From Octopus sinensis (lineage: Eukaryota), in contig NC_043001.1 of the NCBI RefSeq assembly GCF_006345805.1, positions 84,878,001 to 84,942,000 on the forward strand: a stretch of 64,000 bases of DNA, written 5' to 3'. Below are positions 26,944 through 39,586 of the stretch, piece by piece; positions within the stretch are counted from its first letter, which is position 1, and every line of letters starts with the position of its first letter. The translations under genes were made by a program, and so were the position numbers. Below the pieces are notes generated by a model. It saw nothing but the letters and a program-made list of their open reading frames with translations, did no database searches and was not told the DNA's origin.

Positions 26944-27139
26944 AACGGGAAGGTTTACGAAAATAAACAAAAGACGAAGGCAGGTGGAGTACAAGCAAAC
27001 AAATGTATTAGTATGGCGCTCAGGAATAGAAATAGAACAAGTCTTTTACGTTTTGAGCCTACACTCTTCAGCAGAAAGATACACAGAAAAAAACAAGGGG
27101 AGAAAAAATGCGTGTAGCAGCTAACGATTTATCATGGCG
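26944..27139 (-). mobile_element. Short PLE-derived element (family HH-A), tail-to-tail with HH-B; HHR motif 27042-27079 with GAAA changed to AAAA
   Basis: CGCCATG start, CCCGTT-ATA end, about 85% similar by eye to the PLE terminal repeat. Confidence 0.75.
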
Positions 27140-27231
27140 TCATATATATATGTATATGTGTGTGTGTGTGTATATGTATGTATTTATGTGTGTATAAATA
27201 CATAGGTAAGTACGTACATACATACATTCGA

Positions 27232-27265
<34 letters not shown>

Positions 27266-27274
27266 CAGGTTTAT

Positions 27275-27383
27275 TTTAGTTTCTATCTACCAAATCCACT
27301 GATAAGGCTTTGGTCAGCTTGGCGCTATAATATGAAGTAACTCGTGGGAAGTAATCTCCTTACCACACAGCCCCACCTACGCC
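27275..27383 (-). mobile_element. SINE family B fragment
   Basis: CTACCAAATCCACT..AAGGCTTTGGTC..ACCACACAGCC. Confidence 0.55.
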
Positions 27384-27910
27384 TATAAATGTATATAACC
27401 CACAGCAGTTAAACCACAAGGCTGTCTCTCCAAACAACTCACTGAAAACTAACTATTCCAATAATTCCGCCGATTTTGCGGAGAAGCTCAACCAGAGTTA
27501 TTATTTTCCGGTTCTGTATAACCTGTAGCTGACATTTTCAATTGATAAATGCCATAAAGAGCAGACACTGTCTCTGCTGATTTGCATATCATTACATACA
27601 ATCACTGCATGTTTATGAGGTAAAGTACAGAGACAGCACTTTCGTTGATAAGTCAGATTCGTAGATTTGTAGATCGGTGTTGATATTTTATAATATTAAA
27701 AAGGCATGCATATAACATATAAATAAAATAAACTGATAAATGTTACTCGTTAAAGATAATCGCAGGAAGAAATATTGATTCATGTATTTGCGGATTTTTG
27801 TTAAAATGAACTTCAGTATCTAGCAATGGACGCTTCCTGAAAATTTTGTATTTTGTCATTCAATATTATGTTGTCACACGGTTATGTTAAGTCACACGCA
27901 CATCCACACA

Positions 27911-27941
<31 letters not shown>

Positions 27942-28372
27942 CACGCATGTTTGTTATTGTATCTACAAGGTTATACGATGTTCTTTTACTCTCTGCTGAT
28001 AACAATATGCTTTCTCGCATCCTCATATCTCTCGAATGATGCCATACTGCTGAGTAGACAAGGAAACCTTATATATGCATATATATATATATATATATAT
28101 ATAAATATCGAGGGTGATAAATTGAATTTTAATTTAATTAATATTAATTTAAAACTATTTGCCTAGCATATAGAAAAATCTGAAAAATCAGAAAAAAATT
28201 GCAATACATGTGTATATTTAGGGATAACCACTAGGTGGATAACCAATATGCTAGAAGAAGATCACATACGATCTCACTACAAAGAAAAGAATGTTCTTTC
28301 AGTGTTTGCTTAATTTCTATGAGTTCGTGTGGTGAAGTATATTGTGCCTTATAATGTAACACACCCACCGGT

Positions 28373-28545
28373 AAAATTTCCCCTTACTTCTTATTTATAT
28401 TTTCCCAAAATTTTTCGTTGCGTCTTGCAACTTTTTCAACAGTACTATCGAAAAAGTTGCAAGACACAACGAAAATTTTAGGAAAATAAAAATAAGGGAT
28501 AAGTGGAAATTTTGACTATTGAAAAGTTTGCTTCAACACACGAAC
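28373..28545. repeat. ~140 bp palindrome centred on AGTACT (28441-28446) plus partial tandem third copy; probably PLE-end derived
   Basis: TTTTCGTTGCGTCTTGCAACTTTTTC / GAAAAAGTTGCAAGACACAACGAAAA arms. Confidence 0.8.
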
Positions 28546-29667
28546 TCATATAAAGAATCTTGCAAACCAAATCGTAATATATATATATATATATATATAT
28601 ATAAACACACACACAAGCAAATATACGTACGAACGTAAATATATGTGTGTGCGTGTGTATGTATACATTTGAAATGACAATACAACACATTAATAACATT
28701 TGAAATTATTGATTTGTACACGTTTCAATTAATATTATACAACATTATTGCTACATATTCCTTAGACATAACTCCAATAGTAATTTTAAGAATTAATTAC
28801 TATGTCCCAGTTTCATGACTTTCATCAAAGATTTTTCTATAACTTCGGAAGCTCATCAAGCAGTAAAAATGCTCTGGACGATGTGTGCATGATATAAATT
28901 ATCTTTTCATTTCATGGTAGTCAGTGGAATATGATTCGTGTAAGCTTTAGCCACAGTTAAATTTAAAATTTGTGACTGTTAAGGATGCTCATGTTTATTT
29001 GCGCTTGTTTCTAGTGTATGCTGTTGGTGTGTTTCTTTAGTACAGTACTGGATGGGAAGTGTTATTTGGATATTCCGGTTTTTTTTTAGCCACTTGAATC
29101 ATATACTTCAAATATAATATTCTCTCTGAAAAGCAAAGATATAAAACGTATTTAACAGATTCATATTAATGCGCTTCTAAATTAGGCTACGTTTGATATT
29201 TATTAACACATGTAAAATATTTGACATTTTCTAGGCAGTACCATGGGTACTGTATAATGGTTATCGGATGAAGATTAAAAGAAGATAAAATTTTAAAACG
29301 TGATTTTATTTAATTGATTTATGTTAAAATTAATTCATTTCTAAAGGAGGGTCTGTTTGGTTGTTATTAATCCACTTAAAAGTCTTAGAATATATCATAA
29401 AGTATCATACATACAGTATACTGCTCACAGGATGAAAATTAAACGGAGAAACTTCAAGAACATGATTTTTTTTTGCCGATACATGTATAAATTAATACTA
29501 TTCTCTAGCAGAGTTGTATAAATCTTTATCAGTCCAGTCAACAATATACAGTATTCAACTATTTTTAACGCACCGCTTGCACATTACCCAACCTCAAATA
29601 CAGGGTTTAGACAGTAGTTCTGGGTTTTGGAAGCTGGATAAGGGGCCTAGTATTTATGAGAGTTTTC

Positions 29668-29873
29668 AAGGCGGTGAGCTGGCGGAATCGTTAGCACACT
29701 CGGCAGAATGCTTCGTGGCATTTCGTAAGTATTTAAGTTCTGAGTTCGAAATTCCAACGAGGTCGACTTTACCTTTCACGGTCGGTAAAATAAGGAGCAG
29801 CTGATAACTGGTGACGTTGTGAACGAATTCTCCCTTCCCTCATATTACTGGTCTTGTGTAAAAGCTTGAAATA
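29668..29873 (+). mobile_element. SINE family A
   Basis: AAGGCGGTGAGCTGGCGGAATCGTTAGC head and GGTCGACTTTACCTTTC core. Confidence 0.7.
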
Positions 29874-30416
29874 GGGTTTTACAAGAATTCTGTATCAACT
29901 AGATACATCGTATACTAATGTCTTCTTAGTTCATTTTATATTTTGTGGCGTAACGCATAGTAATTTCTTCGCGGTATATCTACTCCGTAGCTCGCGTGGA
30001 GATTGTTGTACTTCTATGGCCAATATAAACTGCTCAGATCAAACAACGAGAACTTTCAAGCTTGCCAACGATCTTATAAATCAATTAGTCTTAAGTAGCT
30101 TACTCAGCTGATCATACGTCAGTTTTCAATTATAGAGATTTTGTAGTATTATATTAGTTTTAGATTATGGTTAACTTAAATGAATTTCTCTCTTCTGTTA
30201 TCAGATTTTACGGAACACTAAATCCGTAATAGCTTTTTCTGTATAAAAACCAATATATTGTGGTGCGTCATATTAATTCATGTACATATAATTATGCATG
30301 TACATATATATATATATAACGGGAAGCTTTATGAAAATAGACAAAAGACGAAGGCAGGTGGAAAACAAACGAACAATTGTATTAGTATGGCGCTCAGGAA
30401 ATATAAATAAAACAAG

Positions 30417-30454
30417 TCTTTAACGTTTCGAGCCTACGCTCTTCAATAGAAAGA
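30417..30454 (-). ncRNA. Minimal hammerhead-like motif in the PLE terminal repeat (identical copy at 33991-34028)
   Basis: TCTTT-CTATTGAA-GAGC-gtag-GCTC-GAAA-CG-TT-AAAGA. Confidence 0.5.
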
Positions 30455-31113
30455 TACACAGAGATAAAAAAAACACAGAAAGGAGAGAAAAAAAATGCGT
30501 GCAGTAGCTAACGAATCAACATGGCGATCTGATTTCGGCCAGAGGTCAAAGATCAAACATGAGACGCGAGAGCGAAATAAGGGGAGATAATAGGGTTGAT
30601 AATATGGTAGAAGGACCAGCTAATAGTGCGTAGGAGGGGTCTGGACGTGTGTATGTATAGGGTTGGTGTATGTATTAGTATGTATAAGGGTGTCTGTGTG
30701 TGTATGACAGAGTATTAGTGCGTAGGATTGGTGTGGACGTGCGTATGTATGGGGTTGGTGTATGTATTAGTATATATTAGTATGTATTAGTATGTATAAG
30801 TGTGTGTGTGTGTGTGTATGAGAGAGTATAAGTGCGTATGAGGGGTCTGGACGTGTGTATGTATAGGGTTGGTGTATGTATTAGTATGTATTAGTATGTA
30901 TTAGTACGTATTAGTATGTATTAGTATGGCACGTCATATATGATGTGATGTGTGAAGTCGTGTGGTGTAGTGAGGAGGAGGAGAAGAGGGGGGGAGAGGG
31001 GAGAGGAGGAGAGGGGGAGGAGAGGATGGGGAGAATGAAGGGGAGGAGGGGGAGGAAGGAGGAAAGAGGGAGAGGGGGTAATATATGCGTGCGCGCGTAT
31101 GTGAGTGTGTGTG

Positions 31114-31146
<33 letters not shown>

Positions 31147-31230
31147 GGTAGTCGGAATAATGACTGATTATATATTTTATATTTTCCCATTTACATTTTA
31201 TTTACATATTTTAGCGCTTTCTTCTGTTGT

Positions 31231-33267
31231 CCGATGTACAGGAATTGCAGAGAGACAAGAGATGCAATAGATAATATTGCTGGAGGTGCAGGTGAAGGAG
31301 TGGATGATGGGATGGGTCGATGGTGGGTGCTAGTGAGGCGGGTGGTGTTGGAGAGGTAAGGGCAAGTGCGGCAACGTGGGCGGGAGCAGGGGAACGAGCC
31401 GGGTTGGGAGGTAGGGTCAGGGAAGGAGATATGGACCAAAAGGTCTCGAAGGTTGTGGGCTCGTTTGAAAGAGGGGAGTGGTGGTTAGTTAGGGAAGAGG
31501 TGTGTGAAGTGGACGGGTCGGACTGGAGATGACGGAAGCTCGAAGAATGGTGCGTTGGAGACGTAGGGGTGTGGGGTGGTAAGTGAGGGGAAAAAGGGAG
31601 GGGAGACTACAGGGCGGGTTCGGGGAGAGAGAGGAGAGAGAGGATACACGGTCCACGGACCGTGCTCTGGCAAGGGCGGTGTGGATAGTGGTGAGGGGGT
31701 ATCCACGTAGGGTGAAGTGGTGAGCCATACGTTGAGACTGAGTCTCAAAGTCATGGTCGTCACTACAGAGCCTACGTAGACGGAGGAATTGGAATAGGGG
31801 ATGGAAAGCTTGGTGTGTTCTGGGTGGGAGGAAGAGAAGTTGAGGTATGAGTGTGAGTCTGTGTGTTTGTAGTGAATGGAGGTGGTAAGTGTAAGAGTGG
31901 AGTGAAGAATGCTAACCGAAATGTCGAGGAAGGAGACAGAGGTGTTGGAGATAGTGGAGTGAAGTGGAGTGGAGGGATGGATGAAAGATTGGACGAAAGA
32001 GAGGAAGGAATCTAGATGTTCGCGGGAGAGTGAGGTGGCACCGATAATGTCGTCGATGTAACGACCATATAGTTCGGGAGTGGGACCAGTGAAATTAGAG
32101 AATATTTGGGCCTCAACATAGCCAACGAACAGGTTCGCATAGTTGGGGCCCATTCGCGTTCCCATGGCCACTCCGAGACCTGATGGTGGTAGAACTCGCC
32201 CGGCGAACGAGAAGCAGTTCAGAGTAAGGACAAGTTCGGCCAGACGAATGAGTGTAGAGGTGTCAGGTACAGGGTTAGAGCGGAGGTCAAGAAAGTGTCG
32301 AAGGGCCTGCAGTCCTTCGTGGTGAGGGATAACAGTATAGAGGCTTTGGATGTCCATAGTAAAAAGGATTTTGGAAAGAGGGGGGAGGAAAGGAGAAAGA
32401 GTTGAAAAGCCGGAGAGCATGGTGACATCAACTCGCGTCTGGAATTCCTTACAGGATGTGTGAGGGGGATGAAAACGCAGACCCCTACCAAGGACGGAGC
32501 GTTCAGCCGCAGAGAGGGGAAGATCGGGGGGAATGGTAACAACAGACGGAAGTGGAGAAGGGGTGGGTGGAATAGAAGTAGGAGGGGTGGTAGGTCTCGT
32601 GGAGGTCTGAGGGGGAGGGATTGGGGAGGGTGTGTGGGGGTGTTTGGGCGGGGCAGTAGGGTTAGGTGTAGGTGGATGGAGCCTATCGGGAGGCGAGAAG
32701 GGGTTGTAGGGAGGGGCAGTGGGGTTAGGTGTGGGTGGATGGAGCCTATCGGGAGGGAGAAGGGTGGAGGAGTTGGGGTAAGTGGCGTCGTCGGTAGGTG
32801 GAATGGAAGAGTGATTGGAGTTTACGAAGTTTGGTATCAGAAAGAAATTGATGGAAGAGTTGATTCAATGGATAATGAAGCGTAGCGTGTTTGGAGCATA
32901 GAGAGGCGGCAGCAGAGAGGAGAAGAAGGTGGAGAAAGCAGGAGGAAGAAGGCGGTTGATGGCATGTAGTTTGGAGAGATTGGAGCGAATGGTGGCCCGC
33001 ATAAGGCGGTAAGATGTGGTGCGAGAGTATGGGTAAGATGGAAGAATCCGAGTGGAGAGCAGGGTGGAAGTGGAGGCGGAAACCTTTAGGGATGAGTCGG
33101 TGATGTAGGCAGCGGCTTAGGAAAGAGACATGGCTAGAGAAGCGGGTTTTTTTAAAAAGAAGTAGAGAGAGATTACAGGACGGCTGAAGGCAATATACAG
33201 GAAGTGAACGGAGATGATCCTTCAAACGGTGATGGAGGGTGAGGAGGTAGGACCTAGGATCCGGCAT
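31231..33267 (-). pseudogene. PLE RT-GIY-YIG ORF, frameshifted, internally deleted near 32430, endonuclease truncated at YIGQ
   Basis: ATG at 33267 (MPDPRS..HVSFLSRC..LIPKGF); LSAAERSVLGRGLRF..DV joined directly to HHALRLF..FTMD. Confidence 0.85.
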
Positions 33268-34259
33268 GATGGGATAGCGGAAAAAAAACGTTCGAAAAAA
33301 CAAAAAAAACAAAAAAACAAAACAAAAAACAAAAATTATCGTATGAAAAAAATAGAAAAAATAGAGAAAAAACAAACGTTCAAAAAAACAAAAAAAATAA
33401 TATCGTATGAAAAAACTAGATAAGTAAGCGATAGGGGCAGAAAAGACGGGGCAAAGGGAAAGGGAAAGAAAGAAGGGAAGCAGAGAGAGGGGGAGCAAAA
33501 AAAAAAAGGGGGGTGCAGGCAGAGGAGGAACGGAGTATGGACATCCACAGAGGGAAGAAAGACAGAAGGAGAACAAAAATGCAGGAAAATGTGGAAAGCA
33601 TGAAATGAATGTAAAAAAAGTGGTAATATAAGAGAAAATAAAAATACAACAAACGGGACAGTTTATGCGAACAAGCTCAAGGCTGAAAGTTCAAGGTGAG
33701 AAATGTGTAGACGTCGTGGTATATTTTTTAAGGATTTCACATCAATGCAAAGTCACTTTGATCCGCGAAAGAGACGTGCAGCCAATGGTAAGTATCCAAG
33801 AGGTAAAGAAAATCCAAGGTAGAGGTAAGTGTTGATAGTGGTATTGGTAGAATATAGGATGGAAGTGAGACCACGTGAGCGCATAATATATAACGGGAAG
33901 CTTTATGAAAATAGACAAAAGACGAAGGCAGGTGGAAAACAAACGAACAATTGTATTAGTATGGCGCTCAGGAAATATAAATAAAACAAGTCTTTAACGT
34001 TTCGAGCCTACGCTCTTCAATAGAAAGATACACAGAGAGAAAAAAAACACAGAAAGGAGAGAAAAAAAATGCGTGCAGTAGCTAACGAATCAACATGGCG
34101 ATCTGATTTCGGCCAGAGGTCAAAGATCAAACATGAGACGCGAGAGCGAAATAAGGGGAGATAATAGGGTTGATAATATGGTAGAAGGACCAGCTAATAG
34201 TGCGTAGGAGGGGTCTGGACGTGTGTATGTATAGGGTTGGTGTATGTATTAGTATGTAT

Positions 34260-34301
<42 letters not shown>

Positions 34302-35315
34302 CAGAGAGTATTAGTGCGTAGGATTGGTGTGGACGTGCGTATGTATGGGGTTGGTGTATGTATTAGTATGTATTAGTATGTATTAGTATGTATAAGTGTG
34401 TGTGTGTGTGTGTATGAGAGAGTATAAGTGCGTATGAGGGGTCTGGACGTGTGTATGTATAGGGTTGGTGTATGTATTAGTATGTATTAGTATGTATTAG
34501 TACGTATTAGTATGTATTAGTATGGCACGTCATATATGATGTGATGTGTGAAGTCGTGTGGTGTAGTGAGGAGAAGAGGGGGGGAGAAGGGGAGAGGAGG
34601 AGAGGGGAGGAGAGGATGGGGAGAATGAAGGGGAGGAGGGGGAGGAAGGAGGAAAGAGGGAGAGGGGGATATATATATGCGTGCGCGCGTATGTGAGTGT
34701 GTGTGTATAATAATAATAATAATAATAATAAGGTAGTCGGAATAATGACTGATTATATATTTATATATTTTCCCATTTACATTTTATTTACATATTTTAG
34801 CGCTTTCTTCTGTTGTACGGTTTATCAAAAAGTTTCAATTTGGATTTCTTGGCACTTTTATATAAAAAAAACTGATGGGGTTTACCAAGCAAGGAAGAAG
34901 AAAGATTTTTTTTTATTTGAGAAGGAGCTGAGGCAAAGCGGCGTGAATATTGTATTGGTATGTTTAGACTTGTTTGTTCAGTACTTAATGGCCTTTTAAG
35001 GTGGGAAGGAAAATGATTTTTTTGTATTTGAATTGGTCAAGGTTTTAATTGAAAAACCAGTTGTTTTTGACTTTCTTCTCCCTTCTTTGACAAAATCCAC
35101 AAAAAATTTTATGTATAAGATGGCCAAGAAATCTAACTTTAAACCAATTTTTGATAAACCCAATAGCTTAAGAAAATGCTAAAATTGCAAATAAAAATAT
35201 ATATCTATATAATCATCCAGCATTCTGATACCCTTATTAGTCTAAACATACAATATCTACACATTGTTTCAAACGCTTTCTCTCTCTCTCTCCCTCTCTT
35301 TCTCTCTCTCCTCTC

Positions 35316-35372
<57 letters not shown>

Positions 35373-35701
35373 TGAGAGAGAAAGAGAGAGAGAGAGTGAG
35401 ATATAAATAGGTAGATAGGTAGATATTAGTATCTACCCAATAATCAGTGTAAGTAGTAGAGCCCAGTCAAATCTCAATACAGATTTTCCCCAGCTTTCAA
35501 GTGTAAGGTTAGTGTCTTTCTCCTGCACATATGTTGAGACTTTATTCATCTTTAGTAATACATTTTAATTTTTACCACCATAAACAATATTAACCAGAGC
35601 ACTACAATACTGATAGCGTATATTATTTTTACGTATGAATTTACAGATAGGTCATTGCTTGAGGTGTTCTGCGGTCATTCCTTTCTGTTTTTAATTTGTA
35701 G

Positions 35702-35809
35702 TCTGAAATGCGACAAGCCTACATGGAAACCTGTCGGAGAATTTTGCCGTTTTTGGAAAAAACACTGAAAATGTGCAACAACGGAGGCCAATATTTCATG
35801 GGTTCTCAG
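35702..35809 (+). CDS. S-crystallin / sigma GST, exon 5
   Basis: TTTGTAG acceptor, GTATGT donor; [36 protein letters not shown]; phase 0-0. Confidence 0.95.
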
Positions 35810-35920
35810 GTATGTAAGAATTGACCTATCCATCTATCTATCAATACATACATACACACACATACACATACACACATATATACGTACATATATACACCCA
35901 CATGCACGCAAATAAATATA

Positions 35921-36043
<123 letters not shown>

Positions 36044-36085
36044 CAATAATAATTATCTAAATGAGATATAGACAGTAACTGCTCC

Positions 36086-36376
36086 ATAACATAAGGGACT
36101 GAAGCCATCTGAATATGGCTAGGGACAGGGCAGGGTGGTGAGGGTGTTACTGTTGCATTTAGCCCCAGGCGAACATCAACGTCGCCAGATAGGCTTGACA
36201 CCATCACGGTGTCCTTTATCCTGCAAAGGATATCCTGCAAAGGATAAAGGACACCGTGATGGTGTCAAGCCTATCTGGCGACGTTGATGTTCGCCTGGGG
36301 CTAAATGCAACAGTAACACCCTCACCACCCTGCCCTGTCCCTAGCCTATTCAGATGGCTTTAGTCCCTTATGTTAT
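36086..36376. repeat. Near-perfect palindrome, ~136 bp arms, 18 nt centre
   Basis: Arms 36086-36222 and 36241-36376; one substitution and one 1-nt indel; centre contains ATCCTGCAAAGGAT twice. Confidence 0.97.
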
Positions 36377-36380
36377 ATAT

Positions 36381-36429
<49 letters not shown>

Positions 36430-36815
36430 CATATATATACAAATATATACATATACATATATGCTGACATAGACACATGGTCACGCTGTAAGCTGCGGTG
36501 ATAGTCCTGAGAAATCGTCATGTGTATACGTTGAGTGCTAAAAAGATTATATAGGCAGACGGAATTTTGTCAGCGTCGGTATAGGAGTGTAGTATCGCGT
36601 CATTTCAGCGGAAGTTTTGCTACCTCAGCAATTTTTGGTACAACAATTCCAGCTGGTGATGCTGACAAAATATATTATAGATACATACATACCATACATA
36701 CATACATACATGCATATATGCATATTAAATTTAAATGTTGAAGTGAATTTAACGATTTTTGTGTGTTTCTTAAATGGCTTATAAACACATTCCACGCTGC
36801 AATTGTTATATATAT

Positions 36816-36850
<35 letters not shown>

Positions 36851-36852
<2 letters not shown>

Positions 36853-36950
36853 CCTTACCGAATATGGTCATTTCCATACCGAAAAAACTATTAGGTGAAA
36901 TTTATTAATAATTTTATTAAATTAATTATATTTCACCCTTTATGTGTATC

Positions 36951-36996
<46 letters not shown>

Positions 36997-37130
36997 TATA
37001 TATATATTATATATATTATATTATATATTCGATACACATAAAGGGTGAAATATAATTAATTTAATAAAATTATTAATAAATTTCACCTAGTAGTTTTTTC
37101 GGTATGGAAATGACCATATTCGGTAAGGAT
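36851..37130. repeat. Palindrome, 104 bp arms around a (TA)n centre
   Basis: Arms 36851-36954 and 37027-37130; one mismatch. Confidence 0.97.
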
Positions 37131-37420
37131 TATATATAATTATAATAAAGGGTTAATTGCAACAAGTTGCTCAAAACCACATAACGAAAATATTAGAAAT
37201 AGCAGCCAAATAGGTCACCATTACTACTACTAGAAAAATAAATCTCCACAAACAAACAGAATTTGTAACCCGTATATACGGGTTACTAATTCTGTTTGTG
37301 GAGATTTATTTTTCTAGTAGTAGTAATGGTGACCTATTTGGCTGCTATTTCTAATATTTTCGTTATGTGGTTTTGAGCAACTTGTTGCAATTAACTCTTT
37401 ATTATAATTATATATATATA
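37131..37420. repeat. Palindrome, ~140 bp arms, centre GTAACCCG-TATATA-CGGGTTAC
   Basis: Two substitutions and a 4 nt AAAC duplication between arms. Confidence 0.97.
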
Positions 37421-37424
37421 TATA

Positions 37425-38700
37425 CTAGAAGAAATACCCGGCATAGTACCGTGTTAAAGAGAATAATGGAAGTTAAAAACCGTGTCGAGATTGCGCTGGT
37501 CTCATCTGTTAGTAGATGAGATACCAACTTTCTAAATTAATAACTCTCCAGCCCATGCCAGTATTGGACATAAACGTTAAATGAAATGTTAAAAGAAGGT
37601 GTTTTGAATTGATATATGTATACAAAGTAAATACACGTAATTCAAAAACACGTGTTGTGTAGCTTATTTCGTTACCAAAAAAGAGGTACATATAAACAAT
37701 GAAACGTCGATTTTGGTGATTCATTTGACAGAGGTCGAAGAGAGCCAATCCGATGATAAATCTGACTTCGGATCTTGAAAGTTTGCATGAATCCTGGCTT
37801 GGGGGATTGCAGGGAGTTTAACTTTTTCACAATTGCAGCACAGTGCAAGTGTCTCTCCAGACCACTTCTTTGCCTTACAATGTATGCACTTAGTTGTCAT
37901 TGCATCAATGGAAACTCTAATGGCATCTACATAACGAGCTGCTGGATCATAATCGAAAGCTACTTCACTGAAGTTTCTTCTCTGAGCTGTTGCAACTGCT
38001 CTTCGATATGCAGTGGAGATCCTATTCCTTGTCAGCCGTGCATATCTCTGTTCATTATTTTGTAGTGCACAATATGTTCGTTTCTTGGCATGCTTCCCTT
38101 TCCGCAGCCGTCTCTCTTTCCCTGGGCAGATACATTCCTTTGGCTGACCTTGATATCGTACACAAATTTGACACTTTCCTTCTAGGCATAGTTATATACG
38201 TATATAGAAATACACGGGTGCAGAGAATACTGAATAATGAAAATAACTGGCTAACGGAAATTATATATTTAATACGGCGGGCAGAAAGTAAATGAGAAAT
38301 TTTTTACGGAAAATAAAGTATTGTACTGGTTGAAGCGAAATTTGTCACTTAGTGAACCAAAGATCCAGTATCGAAGGAACTAGTAAAGATCTGTTAATAA
38401 CAGAAAAACGCAAAACCATTGCAAAAATGTATAAGAAATTTTTTGGGAAATTAACTAAGTGTTCGGATTTAAATGAAATTTTTGATGTTACATCTGTCAG
38501 TAAATTATTAACTTACTTTTATCAGTAATTACGTAAAAAACACACAAAACGTTGCAAAAGTAAATAAGAAATTTGTAGGCAAATTGAACGAAGTGTACGG
38601 AATGAAGTGAAATTTATGAAGTTACTTTTGTCAGTAAATTACGTATGAAACCACTTTCATCAGTAACTGCGAACTCCTTTCTGACAGTAATTTTTTGTTG
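37425..38700 (-). mobile_element. Internally deleted Helitron retaining the RepHel N-terminus
   Basis: Minus-strand 3' end with hairpin and CTAG|T at 37425-37428; 5' boundary uncertain. Confidence 0.7.
37790..38189 (-). pseudogene. Helitron RepHel N-terminal (zinc-finger) fragment
   Basis: MPRRKVSNL... (frameshift) AFDYDPAARY..IDAMTTKCIHCKAKKWSGETLALCCNCEKVKLP. Confidence 0.75.
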
Positions 38701-39469
38701 TTGTTTGTAGAAAGCAATTGAAAATTTACAGTGAAAACAATGGCAACAGAACTTCAAGGGAAAACAATAGCGAGGGAGACAGAGAGAGAGTTACCTACTT
38801 AGACAAATAACATATAGATAGATATGTAAGATATAGACAGACAGATAGATAGATAGATAGATAGATAGACATAAACATGGAGATGGATAAAGTGATACAG
38901 AGAGAGATATAGACGTAACTGACGCTAGAAAACCGAAAGTAAATATTTTTGGAAATTTGGAATCGGTATATATATAAGGCAGGATGTGTGTGTGTTGTGT
39001 GTGTGTGTGTACGTGATTGTAGTTTATGCACATCCTCAAATTAGCACGCATGTCGCTCAAATTTTAGGAGGACATTCGTCACGATCATAGCTGTATTTTC
39101 GTCAAATTATTTTACCCCGAGGCACCCGCGAATAGCGGTAAATAATTTTGAGACATAACTTCAATTTTCACGACGGAGAAAGCCACTGTAGAGACGCCAT
39201 TATTATTTACAAAACATTAGTTAAGTTCCCTTCAAGCGAAGGTGTAAAGAGAGGGAGGGAGAGGGAGAAAGAGAGAGAGAGAGATAGCAGATTTTAAAAA
39301 TTTCATTTTAGTGAGTGATTGACAGACAAAAAACAGACAGACAGTTGTTGATATGTATGTATGTATGTGTGAATGGCTTCAGTTACACACACGCGAACAT
39401 GTATGCGTACAAAACACCATGCATGCAACGTGTGTGTTGACCGTATATATTATATATATATATATACAC

Positions 39470-39570
39470 TATATAAACGATATTCTCCGTTTCTCCAAAA
39501 CTAATTTCCAAATTAGCTGAATCTGTTGCTCTACTCATAGCGATATATAGCGGGTCGTGCGTAAACATGG
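39470..39570 (-). pseudogene. Helitron Pif1-like helicase C-terminal fragment
   Basis: FTHDPLYIAMSRATDSANLEI..TENIVY, matching the FSHGQLYVALSR motif. Confidence 0.75.
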
Positions 39571-39586
39571 GGGATAGCAGAGGTTA

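Larger units (their letters stand above)
30312..34816 (-). mobile_element. Penelope-like element (Neptune-type) with ~920-930 bp direct terminal repeats, in intron 4
   Basis: Direct repeats 30312-31230 and 33886-34816; RT motifs TMDIQSLYT, GVAMGTRMGPNYANLF, RYIDD; Cys linker CSRPRCRTC; truncated GIY-YIG. Confidence 0.92.

Noticed and set aside
32143-33652. Extra ORFs overlapping the PLE (Gly/Arg-rich on +, Phe-rich on -), also 55937-56266
   Set aside because: Shadow frames caused by the strong C/T versus G/A strand skew of the element.
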